Part shown: piece after piece, positions 47,827-61,798 of the stretch
Layout: every line of letters begins with the position of its first letter
Position numbering within the stretch: the stretch's first letter is position 1
Assembly (NCBI GenBank): GCA_001643675.2
Contig: LSRY02000039.1
Location: forward strand, 124,001-188,000
DNA from: Monocercomonoides exilis PA203
Lineage: Eukaryota; Protista; Preaxostyla
Reading direction: 5' to 3'
DNA: 64,000 bases
The notes under the pieces: generated by a model
The model's database searches: none
What the model saw: the letters and a program-made list of their open reading frames with translations, nothing else
What the model was told of the DNA's origin: nothing
Position numbers and translations under genes: made by a program

Positions 47827-49523
47827 GTGAAAGTGATGGAGATGAAGGGATTGTGCTCTCTAACAGCATCTGCCTGCTGGATGCGCCGCGGCTCAGCCAG
47901 TGGACAGCAATTCTGAGGCAGCTGGCCTCGGCCATTCAGAAGCAGCATCCGCACTCTCAGATGCAGATGCAGTCGCAGATGATTGAGCAGTCGCCGTCTC
48001 GCTCACCACTTGGATCTCCACATGTTTCGTCGTTGGGCTCATTATCCTCGTCTTCTCCTTCCACTTCTTCTTTATCTTCGACTTCTTCTTCTTCCGCTAA
48101 TACTCCTTCTTCTTCTCACAAAAGAATGTCATCGCTCTCTGCACGTGGAAACTCTTCGTCTTCGCCTTTGACAAGCGGCCAGCCGTTTCCTTTGATCAGC
48201 TCATCCACATTCATCCACGACTGCCAGCGCATATCAGCTTCTTTGTCATCTCTTCCTCTGTTCTCTTCTTCTTCTTCTTCATTAATATCTCCATCTCCGT
48301 CTCCTTCTCCTTCTCCTTCTTTTTCATTTGATAGAGCGTCTGTTATTGGTTCTGATTCTGATACCAATGTTACTCAAGACAATCAAAATTCTTCTTCTTC
48401 TTCTTCTTCTTCATTCTCTCTCCATTCATCCAGTTCAAACCGTCTCTCTTCACAAGACAGCCAGCTGGATAATCAGCCACAGGACTCTTATCCGTTTGAG
48501 CTCCCAAAAAGAAGCAGGCTTTTGATGTGCAAAGCATTTCTGCACCACACAAAGGAGGCCAAATTGGATAGACCAATCAGTCAAGAGAACTATCCGAATG
48601 TTTGTTTGAGGGAGGGAGAAGAATGAGAGATGGGAAAGAAATTGATTTTTTTTGTTCTGTTCTGTTTTGTTTTTATTTTATGAGCTTTTGATCTTATTTT
48701 TTGGGTGTGGCTTGAATTATTATGTGTTGTTTTTTTTAAACATGATTGCATGATTGTCAATACTTCTGCTTTCCATCTTTCTTTCTATCTATCTTTCTTT
48801 CTTTCTTTCTTTATATTTCATTATTTATTTATTTATTTATTTATTCGATCTTTTATTATTATAATGATTGAATAAATATGTCTATGTATTTCTATTCATT
48901 TATTGCAGTGTGGTGCTGTCTATCGTCCGTCTCCAAGCGACCCCTCTCAAATGAGCTGGTATCTGTTTGACTCTGAACTCATTCTCCCTGAATTCCTCAT
49001 TGAATACGAGTATTCCACTGAAAAAGTTTGCTTTCTTTCTTTTCTTTTCTTTTCTTTTCCTTTTTTTAATAAATTTTCAAAATTGTGTCTTGAAATCTTT
49101 TATTATTCATTCTATTTGCGTTTTTCTATTTCTTTCTTCCTCCTTCCTCTTTCCTCCTTCCTCTTTCCTTTCCTTTCATTTTCTTTTTTCCTCTTTCCCT
49201 TTCATAACCTCCCTCTTTCTTCTTCTTCTTCTTCTTCTTCTTCTTCTTCTTTATCTTTTTCTTCTATCTTCTTCTATCTTCTTCCCTTCAGACCCCCAGC
49301 TCCACCCTCTCCACCTCCATCTTCAATGCCATTGGCTATCCTCTCCCCAAAAATGATGCAGAAACACGTGACATGCGTACTTTCATCACACCTTGTGCTC
49401 AGTTTGTGCAGAACTTGAATGACATTCTTGAAAAAGGGAAGAATGCGAAAGGACAGAGCGAAGGCAATCGTTCGTTTGGTGCCACTTTGAGTGGAAGAGA
49501 TGGTTTGGATAAAAAATAACATT

Positions 49524-49565
<42 letters not shown>

Positions 49566-52500
49566 TTAATTTTTAATTTTTAATTAAAACATGATTATTC
49601 ATTCAACATCATTATGATGAAATTCTTTCTTTCTCTTTTATTTATTTCTTTACTCAATCTTTTTTTTTATTTATTTTTATTAATCAATTGCTTCAATGAC
49701 TATGCTTTCTTTTTCTTCTTCTTCTTCTCAATAGGCCAAGCCACCCCTCGCACACAGCGTATTCTCGACTCCTCCTTCTCTGCATTTGCACAGACATCGC
49801 CTATGCCCAGTGGCCTTCAATTGAATGAAACACTTTCTTCTTCTTCTTCCTCTTCTTCTTCTGGAAAGACATCAAAAGAAGGAAGTTCGAATGAAAGAGA
49901 AGAAGAAGAAGAAGAAGCGTTTGGAGATGAAGAGAAAACGGGGCTGAATGGAACGAAAGGAGGGAAGAGAACGATGAGAAGGAAGAAGCAGCTGCAGAAG
50001 AAGAAGAAGAAAAACAACAGCAAGAATGGAGAAGAAGGCGATGGAGGGAACGAAGGTGAGGAAGAGGAAGAGGAAGAAGAAGGTGAAGAAGGAGATGACG
50101 ACGACGATGATGATGACAATAACGATGAAGAAGACGAAGAAGATGAGGAAGAAGTCGGAAATCCAGCTGATTACAGTCAAATGCTCCAATCAGAAGAAGA
50201 GCAGCTCATTTCTCTTCTTCCGCATTCACTCAGCGAGCAGTGCAGACGAACCTTCACAGGCATCCACCACTCACTCAAGACATTCCACAAGAACCCTCCT
50301 CTTCCTTCACTCACAATAGATTGTCTCTCTTCTTCCTCTTCCTCTTCTTCTTCTTCTTCTTCATCAAACCGCCTCATTTCCCCCACGTCCCCCCTCTCCT
50401 CCTCCTCTCCCTCCTCCTCCCCCATCACTGTTCTCTCTCTCTTCAACTGCTCCCTCGCCCGCATCGACCACAACGCCCTCGACCCCATCCGCAGCACCCT
50501 CAAGCGCCTCGTCCTCTGCCACAACAAGCTCACCAGCCTCCGCTTCTTAAGCAACCTGCCTGCTCTGGAGGCTGTGGATGTCTCGTTCAACCAGATCTCG
50601 TCGGTTTCTGGGAGGAATGGCGCATCTGCTGTGGGTGCGTCGTTCAGTGCGTTTGCTCCGCTGGCGTCGACTAGTCTGCCGCAAGCTGCGCCTTCCCCGT
50701 TTGCCTCGCCAGCCTCTGCAACATCTCTTGCATCGATTATTTCTACTGCTTCTTCCTCTTCCTCTTCCTCTTCTCCCTTCTCCTCCTCCTCTTCCCTCCG
50801 CCTCCCCTTCAGTTCCGAGCGCTTGCCCTTCTGCGACGTGCCAAAATTGTGTGATGTTGATCTCTCTCACAACCGCATCGTTGCTTTAAACGATGTCGAT
50901 GCATTAGGCAAACGCTGCCCGCAGCTCACTCGCCTGGTTCTGTTGGGAAATCCTGTGTGTTCTCTGAAAGGGTTTAATGTGACCACAGCCCAGCTGTTTC
51001 CGCAGCTGGTGGAGTTGGACTTCAGACTTGTGCATCAGAAGAAGAAGAACGATGGGGCTGGAGGGTTAGGTTCTTCTTCTGCTTCTTCTTCTTCTTCTTC
51101 ATTTTTGTCATCGTCTTCATCATTATCTTCTTCTTCCTCTTCTATTCTTTCTCCTCTTTCATCTTTCTCCTCCTCTTCCATCACAGTGCAGATGATCCGC
51201 CGCTACTCCAAAAGCAACACATCGCGTTCGCCTGACATTTCAGCCTCGTCTTCTTTCATGTCATCCATCGACGATGAGGCAGCATCTTCCACAACGCCCT
51301 CCCTTTCTCCTTCTCCTTCTTCTAATTCTTCTAATAGTTCTGCTAATTCTTCCAATTCCTCTTCCTCTCCTTCTTCCTCTTCTCCTCCTCCTTCTCCTCT
51401 GAAATCTAGCGACGATGCAGACTTCAACCAGCCGAGTGCCAAAGCATCGCCCAGAACCCCATCTTCCCCTCAGCAGTCGTCTTCTGCCCGCTCTCCCTCT
51501 CAATCTTCTGTCTCTTCGATTGCGTCTGTCTCCTCTCTGCCTGGGAAACAGCTCTCGGGCGAGCTGGCGTGGATGGCACATGTGACTGAACTAGCGATTG
51601 AAGGGAAAGAGCTGACGACGATTTCGGATTTGTCTTGGTGTGGATTTTTATTTTATTTTATTTATTGTTGAATTCTATCCTATTTGTTTATTCTATTTTT
51701 CTTTCTGTAAATGCTGAATTGTATTCAATGATGGGGAAAAAAATTCACTTCCTCCTCAATTCCCTCCCAATTAATCAGTCTCCCCAATCTCCTCTACTTG
51801 TCACTCTCTGACAACCTCATCACCTCTCTCTCTGGCTTGCGCGGCTGCCGGCGGTTGGAGACGCTGCTTCTGGAGAACAACCTCATCTCAGCCATTTCGT
51901 CAGCGCTGGACGGTCTGCACAGCCTGAAAGTGCTGAACCTGTCGTCCAACCGCATCACCCACATCACTTCTATCGCTGGCCACCCGTTTCTCAGCCAGCT
52001 GTCCCTTGAGAACAACCAAATAGCGCGCCTTCCACCTGCTGCGGAGTGGGGCAACACGGCAGAGGCAGTGGTGGAGCTGTATTTGGGGAATAACAAGATT
52101 GATGAGCAGAGAGAACTGAAGAAGCTGATAAGCTTGCAGCGGGTGGTGATACTGGACTTGTCGGGAAACGGCGTGGCGATGGGGAAAGGGAAAGGGAGCG
52201 GGAACGGGAAAGGAAAAGGGATGGGCCAAGGAGAGGGCAGGTGTGGGAAGCAGGAGGCGCTAACAGAGAAAGAGCAGAAAGAACACGATTTGGAGTACCG
52301 GCTGTTCCTCATCCACAACATGAAGAGGCTGCGTGTGCTGGATGGCGTTTCTATCTCGACCGCTGAGCAGTCTGCGGCGAACAATGCATACATGGGCAGG
52401 CTGAGAGAGGAAGACTTGGAAGAGATTGTGATGAAGAACGTGGGGAAGAAAGAAGGAGGCGGATCGGATGTGCAGAACAAGAAGGGTTCAAGTTTATCTT

Positions 52501-54437
52501 CTTCTTCTTCCTCCTCTTCCTCTTCCTCTTCCTCTTCTCCATCTTCCTCTTCCCTCTCATCCACACAGAATGCCATTGCTATGAGCATCGAGCGAGAAAG
52601 AGCAGAGATCGAAGCAGAGCAGCACGAGCGCCAGTTAAAAGCCCACACATACGAGTCGCTTCTGAAGCTGGACTTGTCCTCTCGCCTTCTTCGCGACATT
52701 TCAGTCATTTCGAAGCTGGGCTGTTTCCTGCGGCTGGCAGAGCTGGATTTATCGAACAACAAGCTGACTGACCTCTCTTCCCTCGAAGCGCTACCGTCGC
52801 TGGCTGTGCTGAAATGCTCAAAGAACACAATAAAGACACTCGGCTCGCCAGCTGCTCAGCCACCCACGGGGCTTTATTCACTCGCATCGCACTTGGAATC
52901 TCTCAATCTCTCTTCAAATTCGCTTTCTGGCCCGATCTCCAACTTGAAGCTGGCACTCTTCACATCCCTGCGAAGGCTGAACTTGACTGAAAACGACCTT
53001 TCGTTCACGGCAGACGGGAAGGAGTCGCGAAGGCGCGAGTGGGACAGAGGAAGCAGAGACGATGGAAGCTCATCCTCTTCTTCCTCTTCTTCCTCCTCAA
53101 ATGCCCCGCAGCTGTGGCCCGAGCTGCTGAAGGAGCTGGCGATCAGCCGCAACAGAAAGATGGACAATCCGCCGCGGTATGCGTTCAACGGGCTTCCACA
53201 CCTGCAGATTCTGCACTACGACGAGAATGGACTGAAGACACTGGACATCTTTGCCACACTTCCAAAACTGACCACGCTGTATCTGTCAGGCAACAGAATC
53301 ACTGAGATGAACGAAGTAGACAAGCTGAACTCTCTGCAGTCGCTGCATCATGTCACACTCGCCAAGAACATGATTGCCCGAAGATATGACTACCGCCTGT
53401 CTGTCATTCGGAAGCTGCCGTATCTCGTGTCGCTTGACTTGAAGGACCTCACAAGAGAGGAGATTGAGAGAGCAGAGAGTGGGTATAATGGGTCGTATGT
53501 GAGTCCTGTGGCGTGTGGAGTGGGCAGTGGAGGAAGTGGCATGGGAATTGGCATTGGTGTTGGCGGTGGAGGAGGAAGCGGAGAACCATCGCAGTATGCG
53601 CTGGCACAGCAGAGGATTGCATACAGGCTGGCGGCGCTTGGGTTGGATGGAGGAGGAGGAGGAGGAAGTGGAGGAATGGGGAGAATGCAACAGAACTATG
53701 ATTCTTCCTCTTCTTCTTCGTCGTCGTCGTCTGGGGGAGGTTATCTGCAGCCCACAAGTGTGGCAGCTGGGCGGGCGCTGACACACCAAAGCCAGCGTGG
53801 AGGCGGTGCAGGCTACTCGAATCAAGAGAATGCACGCCCGTCTGCTTATTCTGAACATCGTCTGCATCAGAGCAATACACCTGGCACAGTCAACGTAGGT
53901 TCTTCTCTTCCTCTGTCTTCTGCTGCCAGCTCGCGCCACACCACATCCACACGTCAGCCTTCTAATTCATCTTCTTCTTCCTCCTCATCATCTTCTTCTT
54001 CTTCTAATTCGCATCGACGCTCCACCTCATTCACAGCCTCCAAACAGCCGCTCACCTCATCACACACACAAATGCGCTCCTCTGTCCATATACCTTCCTC
54101 TGTCACTTCCAATTCTTCCTCCTCCTCCTCTTCTTCTTCTTCTTCTAAGCAAGTTCCCAGTGGCTCTGTTGTGCGTGCCAGCTCGCTCGACCGTGTCGGA
54201 CTCCACATCCGCTCAGCGCGTGCACCAACTCCGCCCACCCGCCAGTCTTCTTCTATTTCTCCGCTTCCTTCGTCTGCGCTGCACTCATCGGGAGATTTCA
54301 GAAAGAGCGGATCGACAGCGGCACACAGAACAGGCACTGGGATAGCAGGAAGAGGAGGAGCAGGTGGAGCATCGGGGACACGAGGAGGAGCGTCAGGGAC
54401 GAGTTCATTTGGGGCGAGAAGCTTTGGAAAGAAGTGA
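45683..54437 (+). CDS. LRRC9: Leucine-rich repeat protein 9-like (N-terminal LRRs, central ART/PARP-like region, C-terminal LRRs) with large Ser-rich insertions
   Basis: SDS22-type LRRs; KKRMYYNMRI; IELETGGNIRLEEG..W..SC.ELV..RF; VTRIYNKHLRMRF; EYLF; WYLFDSELILPEFLIEYEY; further LRRs with YRLFLI/YRLSVI LRR caps. Confidence 0.85.
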
Positions 54438-54821
54438 AAATGAAATGAACGGCAAACAAGAAAAAAAGAAAAGAAAAGAATAAAGCAAATTTTAACAATT
54501 TTTATCACCTTACTGTGTGACAATTGTTCGCATAATAGTTGATTTTATTTTATTTTATTTATTTATTTATTCAAATTGTGAATTTTCAGCTACAACAACA
54601 CTCCACTTCATTCTCTAACCAAAAACACTCTCAATTTTTATTCTCTGTTTATAAACTTTTTCCTTTCTTTTTCTTTCTTTTTGAAGCTGAAAAGAAAAGC
54701 TGCAAGAACGAAAATGATAGATGCAAATGAACACATACATAGGTTAAAAGGAAAAGAAGAGAAGAGAAAATAATTTAATATCAAATAAAAGTAAAATTTC
54801 CTTCTTTTGCAATAACATTAA

Positions 54822-55755
54822 TCAAGTGGCACTTTCTTGAGGAGCAGGTTCTGCACTGACAGGAATGCTTTGATTTGAAGAAGATTCCAATGGAAGTGTT
54901 GAACTTTCAGATGAAGAAGCACCTTCGTTTGCATCATGAACTGGCTCTGATTCTGTCTTGACTTCGCTTCCTTCATTTGTTTTCTCATGGGCTTTACTCA
55001 CAATGAAATGAATGAGTTGAGGTAATACTGGGAATTTTCCTCCTCCTCCGAGCCATGGCACTCTTTTAACAATCTCATCATATATGAATTGATGATCTGA
55101 ATTTTGTGTAGGATGATCCAAAATGACCTAAATGTTGATTAATGTTTATTTTTTTATAAATTATTGATGTTTCCAAAACTGAAACAAAAAAATAAAATGT
55201 ATACCTTATTGCAAACTTCGAGAATGCTTTCAGTAATTGATGTATTTGCTTCATCGAAGCCTCCTTGAGGAAGCAAAAAATAGAACCAAAAGTCACATAG
55301 TTCAATTTTTGTCATATGTTTAAGAATGACGGGTTCTTCAACAATAACATAAGATCCCACAGGATCATGCAAAAGAAAATTTTTAAATTCATGTAATTAA
55401 ATGACTCAATACCTGCATCAGCTGAGTAATGAACCATAGAGCCTTCAAATCCAACCTTAGCCCCGTTCTTTCCCAGAATTCTCATTTTCCATGATTTCGA
55501 TATAAAATCGTAAAATATTGTTAGATGGTGTCTGCTGAGCTGCTTTCCTTCCCCTATTATCATGGGAAGCATGAACAAAAATTTGAAAAACAAATTTTTC
55601 AAAAAAAAATTCTAAAACAAAATTTCCAAACCAAGATTCAATACATGAGGCGTTTTGGATGTTTTCCTTCCAAGCATTACGCAAAGGTCTTGTATGACAT
55701 GATCAAATCCACCTCTTCCAACAATCCTTGCAAAACCTCCAATTGACCCTTCCAT
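54822..55755 (-). CDS. FHA-domain protein (FOXK/Fhl1/FHA2-type FHA) with a possible degenerate winged-helix segment, 4 exons
   Basis: GFARIVG..VMLGRK..LNLGEGKQLSRHHLTIFYDF..WKMRILGKNG..FYFLLP; then IYDEIVKRVPW. Confidence 0.78.
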
Positions 55756-55807
55756 TTAATTTTTGGTAATTGAGATCAAAAATTTTGCAACATTTAACAA
55801 AAATATT

Positions 55808-55880
55808 CCTCGATGCCGGGAATCGAACCCGGGTCTCAGGAGTGAAAATCCTAAATCCTAACCGACTAGACTACATCGAG
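55808..55880 (-). tRNA. tRNA-Glu(TTC)
   Basis: Reverse complement CTCGATGTAGTCTAGTCGGTTAGGATTTAGGATTTTCACTCCTGAGACCCGGGTTCGATTCCCGGCATCGAGG; 7-bp acceptor stem, TTC anticodon. Confidence 0.92.
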
Positions 55881-58249
55881 TTGATATGCGAGTTTTTTAT
55901 AAATATATTTATGAATAACTTTATATCATTTCACATTCTGGTTTAAAAAAGTTTGAAATTAAAGTTTTAAATATTGTGGAAATTTTTATCTTATGGATGA
56001 ACCAAAAAATTATTGTAATATACAAACACAGTTATCAATTAGTGAAATGTTGAAAATAGACTTTTGATTCTTTCAACAAATTTGTAGTATGACCAGTGAC
56101 GGGAATGTGATTTAGTGTTAATTGTGAAAAATAAACAACTTTATTAAAAAATTTTTTACAAAAAATTTGCTCGACATGTGTAAGGGATAAAAATATATTT
56201 GTCGCTTCCGTGTTTTATTGAAAATCCGCATCAGTATTGGTTTTTAATAAATATATTCATTTTTGCAGATTTTTTGTATTTTTTGGTAAATAATTAATCT
56301 AATTTTATAATTTTTTCATAATATTTTATTCTCCTCGTTTTGATTTGTTTCATAATTAAAATAATAATTTCTTCACTATCAAATACTGACTCCATTGACA
56401 GTCACTGACTTCTCTGACAGTCCGATAATCAAAAATACCAAATTTGATTTTTTGTCAAAATATTTCTTGAAAAACGTTTTTTAGTTCTTCGCTTATTAAA
56501 ATTTCTATTTTTTAATATTTGCATTCGAAATTTTTGTTTTCATAATTGAGGTTCTGAAGTGAAAATAATCACTCGGTACGTAAGGAAACCAATTTTGTCC
56601 GTCTGTAGTCACAAAGAAACACGTGTGTTGTCGATACCATTAAAATTTTTTGGAAAAACAGAGAATTCGGTCATTCGTTTTTATTTTTTATTTATTTATT
56701 TTTTTTTCCATAACCCGGAGATAACAGTCACTGAAATGGTTTCAATGCGACAAATATAAGCATTTTGAATACAATTAAGATAATATTGTGTTGTGGTGTT
56801 TTGTAACCTTCTGCTTTTATCAGATATTTTTGAAAATGAAATGATAATTAAGACTTGTTGAATATAATGTAACTTCTAGCTTTTTCTTTGTAATTTTATA
56901 CAATTTTTTTGACTTTTTGTGATCAAAAAATTCTATTAATAAGCAATCTTTTTTTATATATTTGTGAGGTTTAAAGCGCTTTGCTGATTATTTCTATGAT
57001 TTTTGTTGACAAATAATATAATCCGATTTATTTTCAAATTAGAAAAAGTTCAACAGAGTAATGACTGAAACAATTTTTTTTATTTTTGCTTCGTGCAAAA
57101 CAAAGCTTGAATGTTCGTATTTTCCCCTCCTTTTTTTTTGAGTTCGTCGAATAAAGTCTGATTTGAAATAAACAATCTGTTGTTTTTTGTTTCATCCTTC
57201 ATAAAATAGTATTAACTTTAAAATGGGACTTTTTCCTTTATTGACACTTTTTTTGTTTTTGTTAGCAAAATGCTGAAGAGTGTGAAATGGCTTTCAGCGT
57301 TTTGATAACCGATTTCAAAAATGTCGTTTTAATTTATCACTAATTTTTTTTTTAATTTTTGCTTTTTATTTTATGAAATATTACGTTTTTTTTCCTTTTT
57401 CGTAATCAAAACTACCAATTTCTCAAGTCTTCAAGCTTTTTTTTTTATTATTTTCAACTGGAACAAAATTTTGTTTTTTTTATTAAATATAAAGAAGAGT
57501 TGCTAGGGAAAACAAAATAATAACGAAATGATTGGTGAATATCAAATAACAAAACTGTTGTGACATTTTCAAAAAAACGAAATAATACAAAAAAAACTTA
57601 TTTGAATACAATTGCCAATTTTTAAAAATTATCTATTAAAAATTGAGCTTTGTTGCAAATATTGTTAATCAGGTTTTGTTTGTGTGATTAAAGCTTTCAA
57701 TTGAATCCATGTACTGTGGAATATTTCATTTGATCAAAAAACTGCAACAGTTTTATGAAAGAATTTTAATAACCGTTTAAATAACAGTTTTCATCCAATT
57801 TGTGAAATCAAATGGAAGAATATTTTCTTGAAAGAGATTAAGATTACAATCTCCAATTGATTTTATAAAAAAACTTTTTTATTTCGAAATGTTAATTTAT
57901 CTGATTTGAGATTTTTTTTAAAAACCAATTGTTGTAAAATTTTATTCTTTTAGATTAATATCCTTTGATGGAATCATTGTGTGTGTAGGTTCACATTTTT
58001 TCACTGACTTTTACAAAAAAACAACATAAAAAAAAATCAACATGCTTATTTTCTTTGTAACACATAATGATCGTTATTTGAAATGAAAGGAATATTAAGC
58101 AGATGATATGATATAAACAATAATTAATACAACTTAAATAAAATCTTTCTTTCAAGCAAAAATGAAGAATAAATAAATTAGCATATTCATTGATGTTAAA
58201 GGTCTTTCTTTTCCAAAACCAATATCCAAATTACATTCTCAACATGTGC

Positions 58250-59330
58250 AATAGTTCGTATCATTTCTCTTACAAAAATATTTTTGAAGGTTTCAACAAG
58301 CATTGAAATAAAATGATTTTCTCCTTCCCAAATGCAAGAGGTTTCTTCAGCTCTTTTTTAACAAAAACCAAATTCGTTTTCAATTGGATAAAGTACTGAT
58401 GAATGTGCAGTATTGAATAGCACATGATGAACTCCATTCATAGTTATTGCTTCTATGTTTTGACGATGTGTTGAAGCGTTGTCCGTCGCAATAACTGATA
58501 ATCCATGAACTTCAATGCATTTCAAATGTCTTTTTATATGAGTCATTCTTTTGAAAAAAGTCGCAATTGTTGAATTTTCAAATAAATCAAAGATTTCATA
58601 TTTTTATGAAAAATTTGTCCACATACACCGAACTTTGCTAATTTGGAATAAATTTCTGGATAATGCTATCTCACTCATTCTTAAAAAGATTCGAGAGTGG
58701 AAACAGAAATTTTCAGCAAAATATGAAATTTTTGATTGACATGAAAATAGAACTTTTGCGACTTTTCAAAAGGAATTCCCCATATATTCCTCAAATACTT
58801 CATGATTTATTGACACCCTGATAACTTCAAAATATCTCATTCCTGATAAGGATATTGAAGTGATGGACGTAATAGACTGATGAACTGGTGGAGATGGAAT
58901 AAGAACCTTTTCTCCAACGGGGGACAATTGATATTTTCTTATGTTCTCAACATTCTAGTTTTATGAATTATTATGAATCAGCTACATCTTCTCTTTTTGT
59001 TATTCTTTCAAAGAAAAAATTGGCTGTTTTTGAGTTTTTTTTATGTGCAAAAATAAGGAAAGAAGTGGATTTTCATATTGAGGTTATCGAGGAAAATGGC
59101 TTCTGAATTATCAAATCATATATGTTTTAAATAATTCTGCTTCATTTTTTGTTGAACAATTGATTATTGTTCGTTTTCGATTTTTTTCTTTCTTCCTTTT
59201 TGATGTGATGGAAGAGTTATATTTATTCCATCTTTCATTTTTGATAAGCACCGAGTTGTTGTTATTGTTGTTAAAGTGCACTCATTCGCACACCATTACA
59301 TGTTCTTTTGAATAGAGATTTGTATTTGAT
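58250..59330 (-). mobile_element. Tc1/IS630-like (DDE_3) transposase relic, copy 1
   Basis: SPVGEKVLIP..QSITSITSISLSG..INHEVFEEY|IKRH..IATDNASTH..HVLFNTAHSSVLYPIENEFG; boundaries approximate. Confidence 0.75.
58540..58781. mobile_element. 242 bp foldback MITE with ATAT TSD inserted in Tc1-like copy 1
   Basis: ATAT 58536-58539 and 58782-58785; ~85 bp imperfect inverted arms; removal restores EEY-IKRH in frame. Confidence 0.85.
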
Positions 59331-59661
59331 TACATAGTTTTCATTAATTAATTAATTAATAAAATAATAAAAATATTATGCAAAAGTTTCCTAAAAAGCA
59401 TTCGAACTACGATATTCATTTGTTTCATGAACATGAATTCCCGCTATATCAAATCTTCATCATTCTAACTTATTTTTACCTCTACTCTCTTTGTTGTTCT
59501 CTTTATGTTGTTTGATGAATGTGTTTTTTATAAGGGTGAATCACCGAGAAAAAATCAAATTTATTCAATATTCTGATAAGCATGGTACTGATCCGACAAT
59601 TTTCTTTTTCTTTTCTGTAGCTCTATCATCAAAAATTTCGATATTTAGAAAAAATGCAAAA

Positions 59662-59701
<40 letters not shown>

Positions 59702-60215
59702 AACGAATCACCAAAGCTGGAAATTTGATTTTCGCATAATGCAGGATTCACATCGAGGAAAAAGACAGTTTATCTCATATTTAAAACTTTCTTTCCAGTT
59801 TTAACAAAAAAGATTGATTATTCCTTTACCAATGTCAATCATCTCTCAAAATAAAAAAACAATATTTTATCTTCATCGCTTGTGAAGACTTTCTTTTGTT
59901 GATTATTGAATATCATGTGATTTTAATATTAAAAAAAAAATCAAAATTCATAAAGATGTTTTGCATAGGATAGATAAACATTATCTTTGAATTTGTTAAT
60001 TCTACAACTCTTCATTTTTCATCAACGAATTTAATCAATAAAGATGTTAATTCTGTTGAAAGAATAACTGTTTCAACAACAACAAAAAAAAAAATAAAAA
60101 TAAAAATAAATAAAAAAAATAAAAAATAAAATAAAAAATAAAAAAAAGAATAAAATAAAGAAAAATAAAATGTTGAATGAAAGATTGCATGATATGTTTT
60201 TTTTGATACACATAT

Positions 60216-60455
60216 GGCAAAATTTTTTTGAAAAGTTCCTTTTGTTTAATTTTCAAATAAAACAAAAATTTCATATTTTCATCAAATTTCTGTTCCCACT
60301 TATGAAAATATGTTTTCATGAAAACAAAATCAAGACAAAGCTAATATTTACATTATTGTGAAGTTTCGTGAGTGGGAACAAAAATTTGATGAAAATATGA
60401 AATTTTTGTTTTATTTGAAAATTAAACAAAAGGAACTTTTCAAAAAAATTTTGCC
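60216..60455. mobile_element. 240 bp near-perfect foldback MITE flanked by ATAT
   Basis: ~92 bp inverted arms with about 3 mismatches (ggcaaaatttttttgaaaagttcc...); ATAT 60212-60215 and 60456-60459; arms similar to 58540-58781. Confidence 0.9.
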
Positions 60456-61143
60456 ATATTTCTCAGTTTTTTTGTGTCAAAGAGTTATTCATCATTATTA
60501 GCTCTTTAGATAAAACACCTCCTCACTTCCATATGAAATCAATCAGTGATATTGAAATTGAAATGTGATATACAGTTTTTGCTTTTTTAACATTTTTGTT
60601 CATTCCAACTATTATCTCGTTCATTCATAATAATAAATAAATAATAAATATTACTCTTTAATTAAAAAAAATGGACATAATAACTTTAAGAATTATTAAC
60701 CACTTTGTGAATTGAATACAAAAGCATTTGAAGATTATTTACAAAAAAGTTATCACACAAAGGTTTCGTTTCTCAATTCTCATTTCCAAAGAAGAATCAA
60801 AAAGATCAGATTTTGAATCTTTTGTTTTTTATAAAAATATTCAAATGAATGGGCAAATAATATTAAAGAACTAATTTTATTTAAACAAAATATAGAATAA
60901 CGACATGTGGCAATGCCACTGTTACGATTAGTTGGATGCTTTTTCGGTCTTCTCTCAAGGAAATTTCTTTAAAGTTTTTTTGCGATTTCATCGAAAAAAT
61001 GCGACTTCACCTTTCATTTCAACGTATTTGATTCCACTCTCGACTTACAAATACATTTTTAATTGGGTTCAAAATCGAAGAGCATGCAGCGTTTTGAAAC
61101 ACGACATGTCCGGCTTCTTTAATTAGGCTGTCATTATTTATAT

Positions 61144-61411
61144 TGGACAAAATGTTTGACTTCATAAATTTTCATTGAAAAATTATCAACTTTTCATTGA
61201 CTTTTTTTGATCAAAAAACACAATAAAAAATTGTCCATTTTTTGACACTCGTAATATGTCGGAAAACTTTATGTAATAATTTCAATGATGCCTGTTTACA
61301 GATATGAAAATCAAATTTGTTTTGAAATCTGAAAAAGCGAAATAAAGTTATGAGTGATGCAATTTTTCAATGCTTCGTGTAAAAAAAGCTTGAAAGTCCG
61401 AATTTTCCCCC
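61144..61411. mobile_element. 268 bp insertion with ATAT TSD and weak TIRs
   Basis: ATAT 61140-61143 and 61412-61415; removal gives in-frame TH-HINNDSLIKEAGHVVFQN with the same 18-residue spacing as copy 1. Confidence 0.75.
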
Positions 61412-61798
61412 ATATGATGGGTTGTTGTTTTTCCATTTCTATCGCAGATAATTTTGTTATTTTCATTAAACAAAAGAAAACTTTCAATATCAGCTTCAAA
61501 CACTTCATAGTTAACATGAACTCCTATTTCTTGAGCATAATCCATTCCTTATATGGATATTGATATGACAGCTGTAATCGATTGAAATAGTGAATGTGGA
61601 GGAACCAAAACTTTTTCTCCTCTTTCTGCCCAACCGTATTTCTATATACAATTGACGTTCTATGATGTCTCATTAATGCAGGAAATAAAGGCACCATCTT
61701 TTTCACAAAGAAATAATTTTTCTGTTAAATGTATTCTATGCTTTTTATTTTTATCAGCATTTGCGTATACTGGACTGACTGCAATTCTATTGAAATAT

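Noticed and set aside
24317-54523. Numerous long antisense and alternate-frame ORFs (L/F/S-rich)
   Set aside because: Shadows of low-complexity GA/CT-rich coding DNA lacking stop codons.
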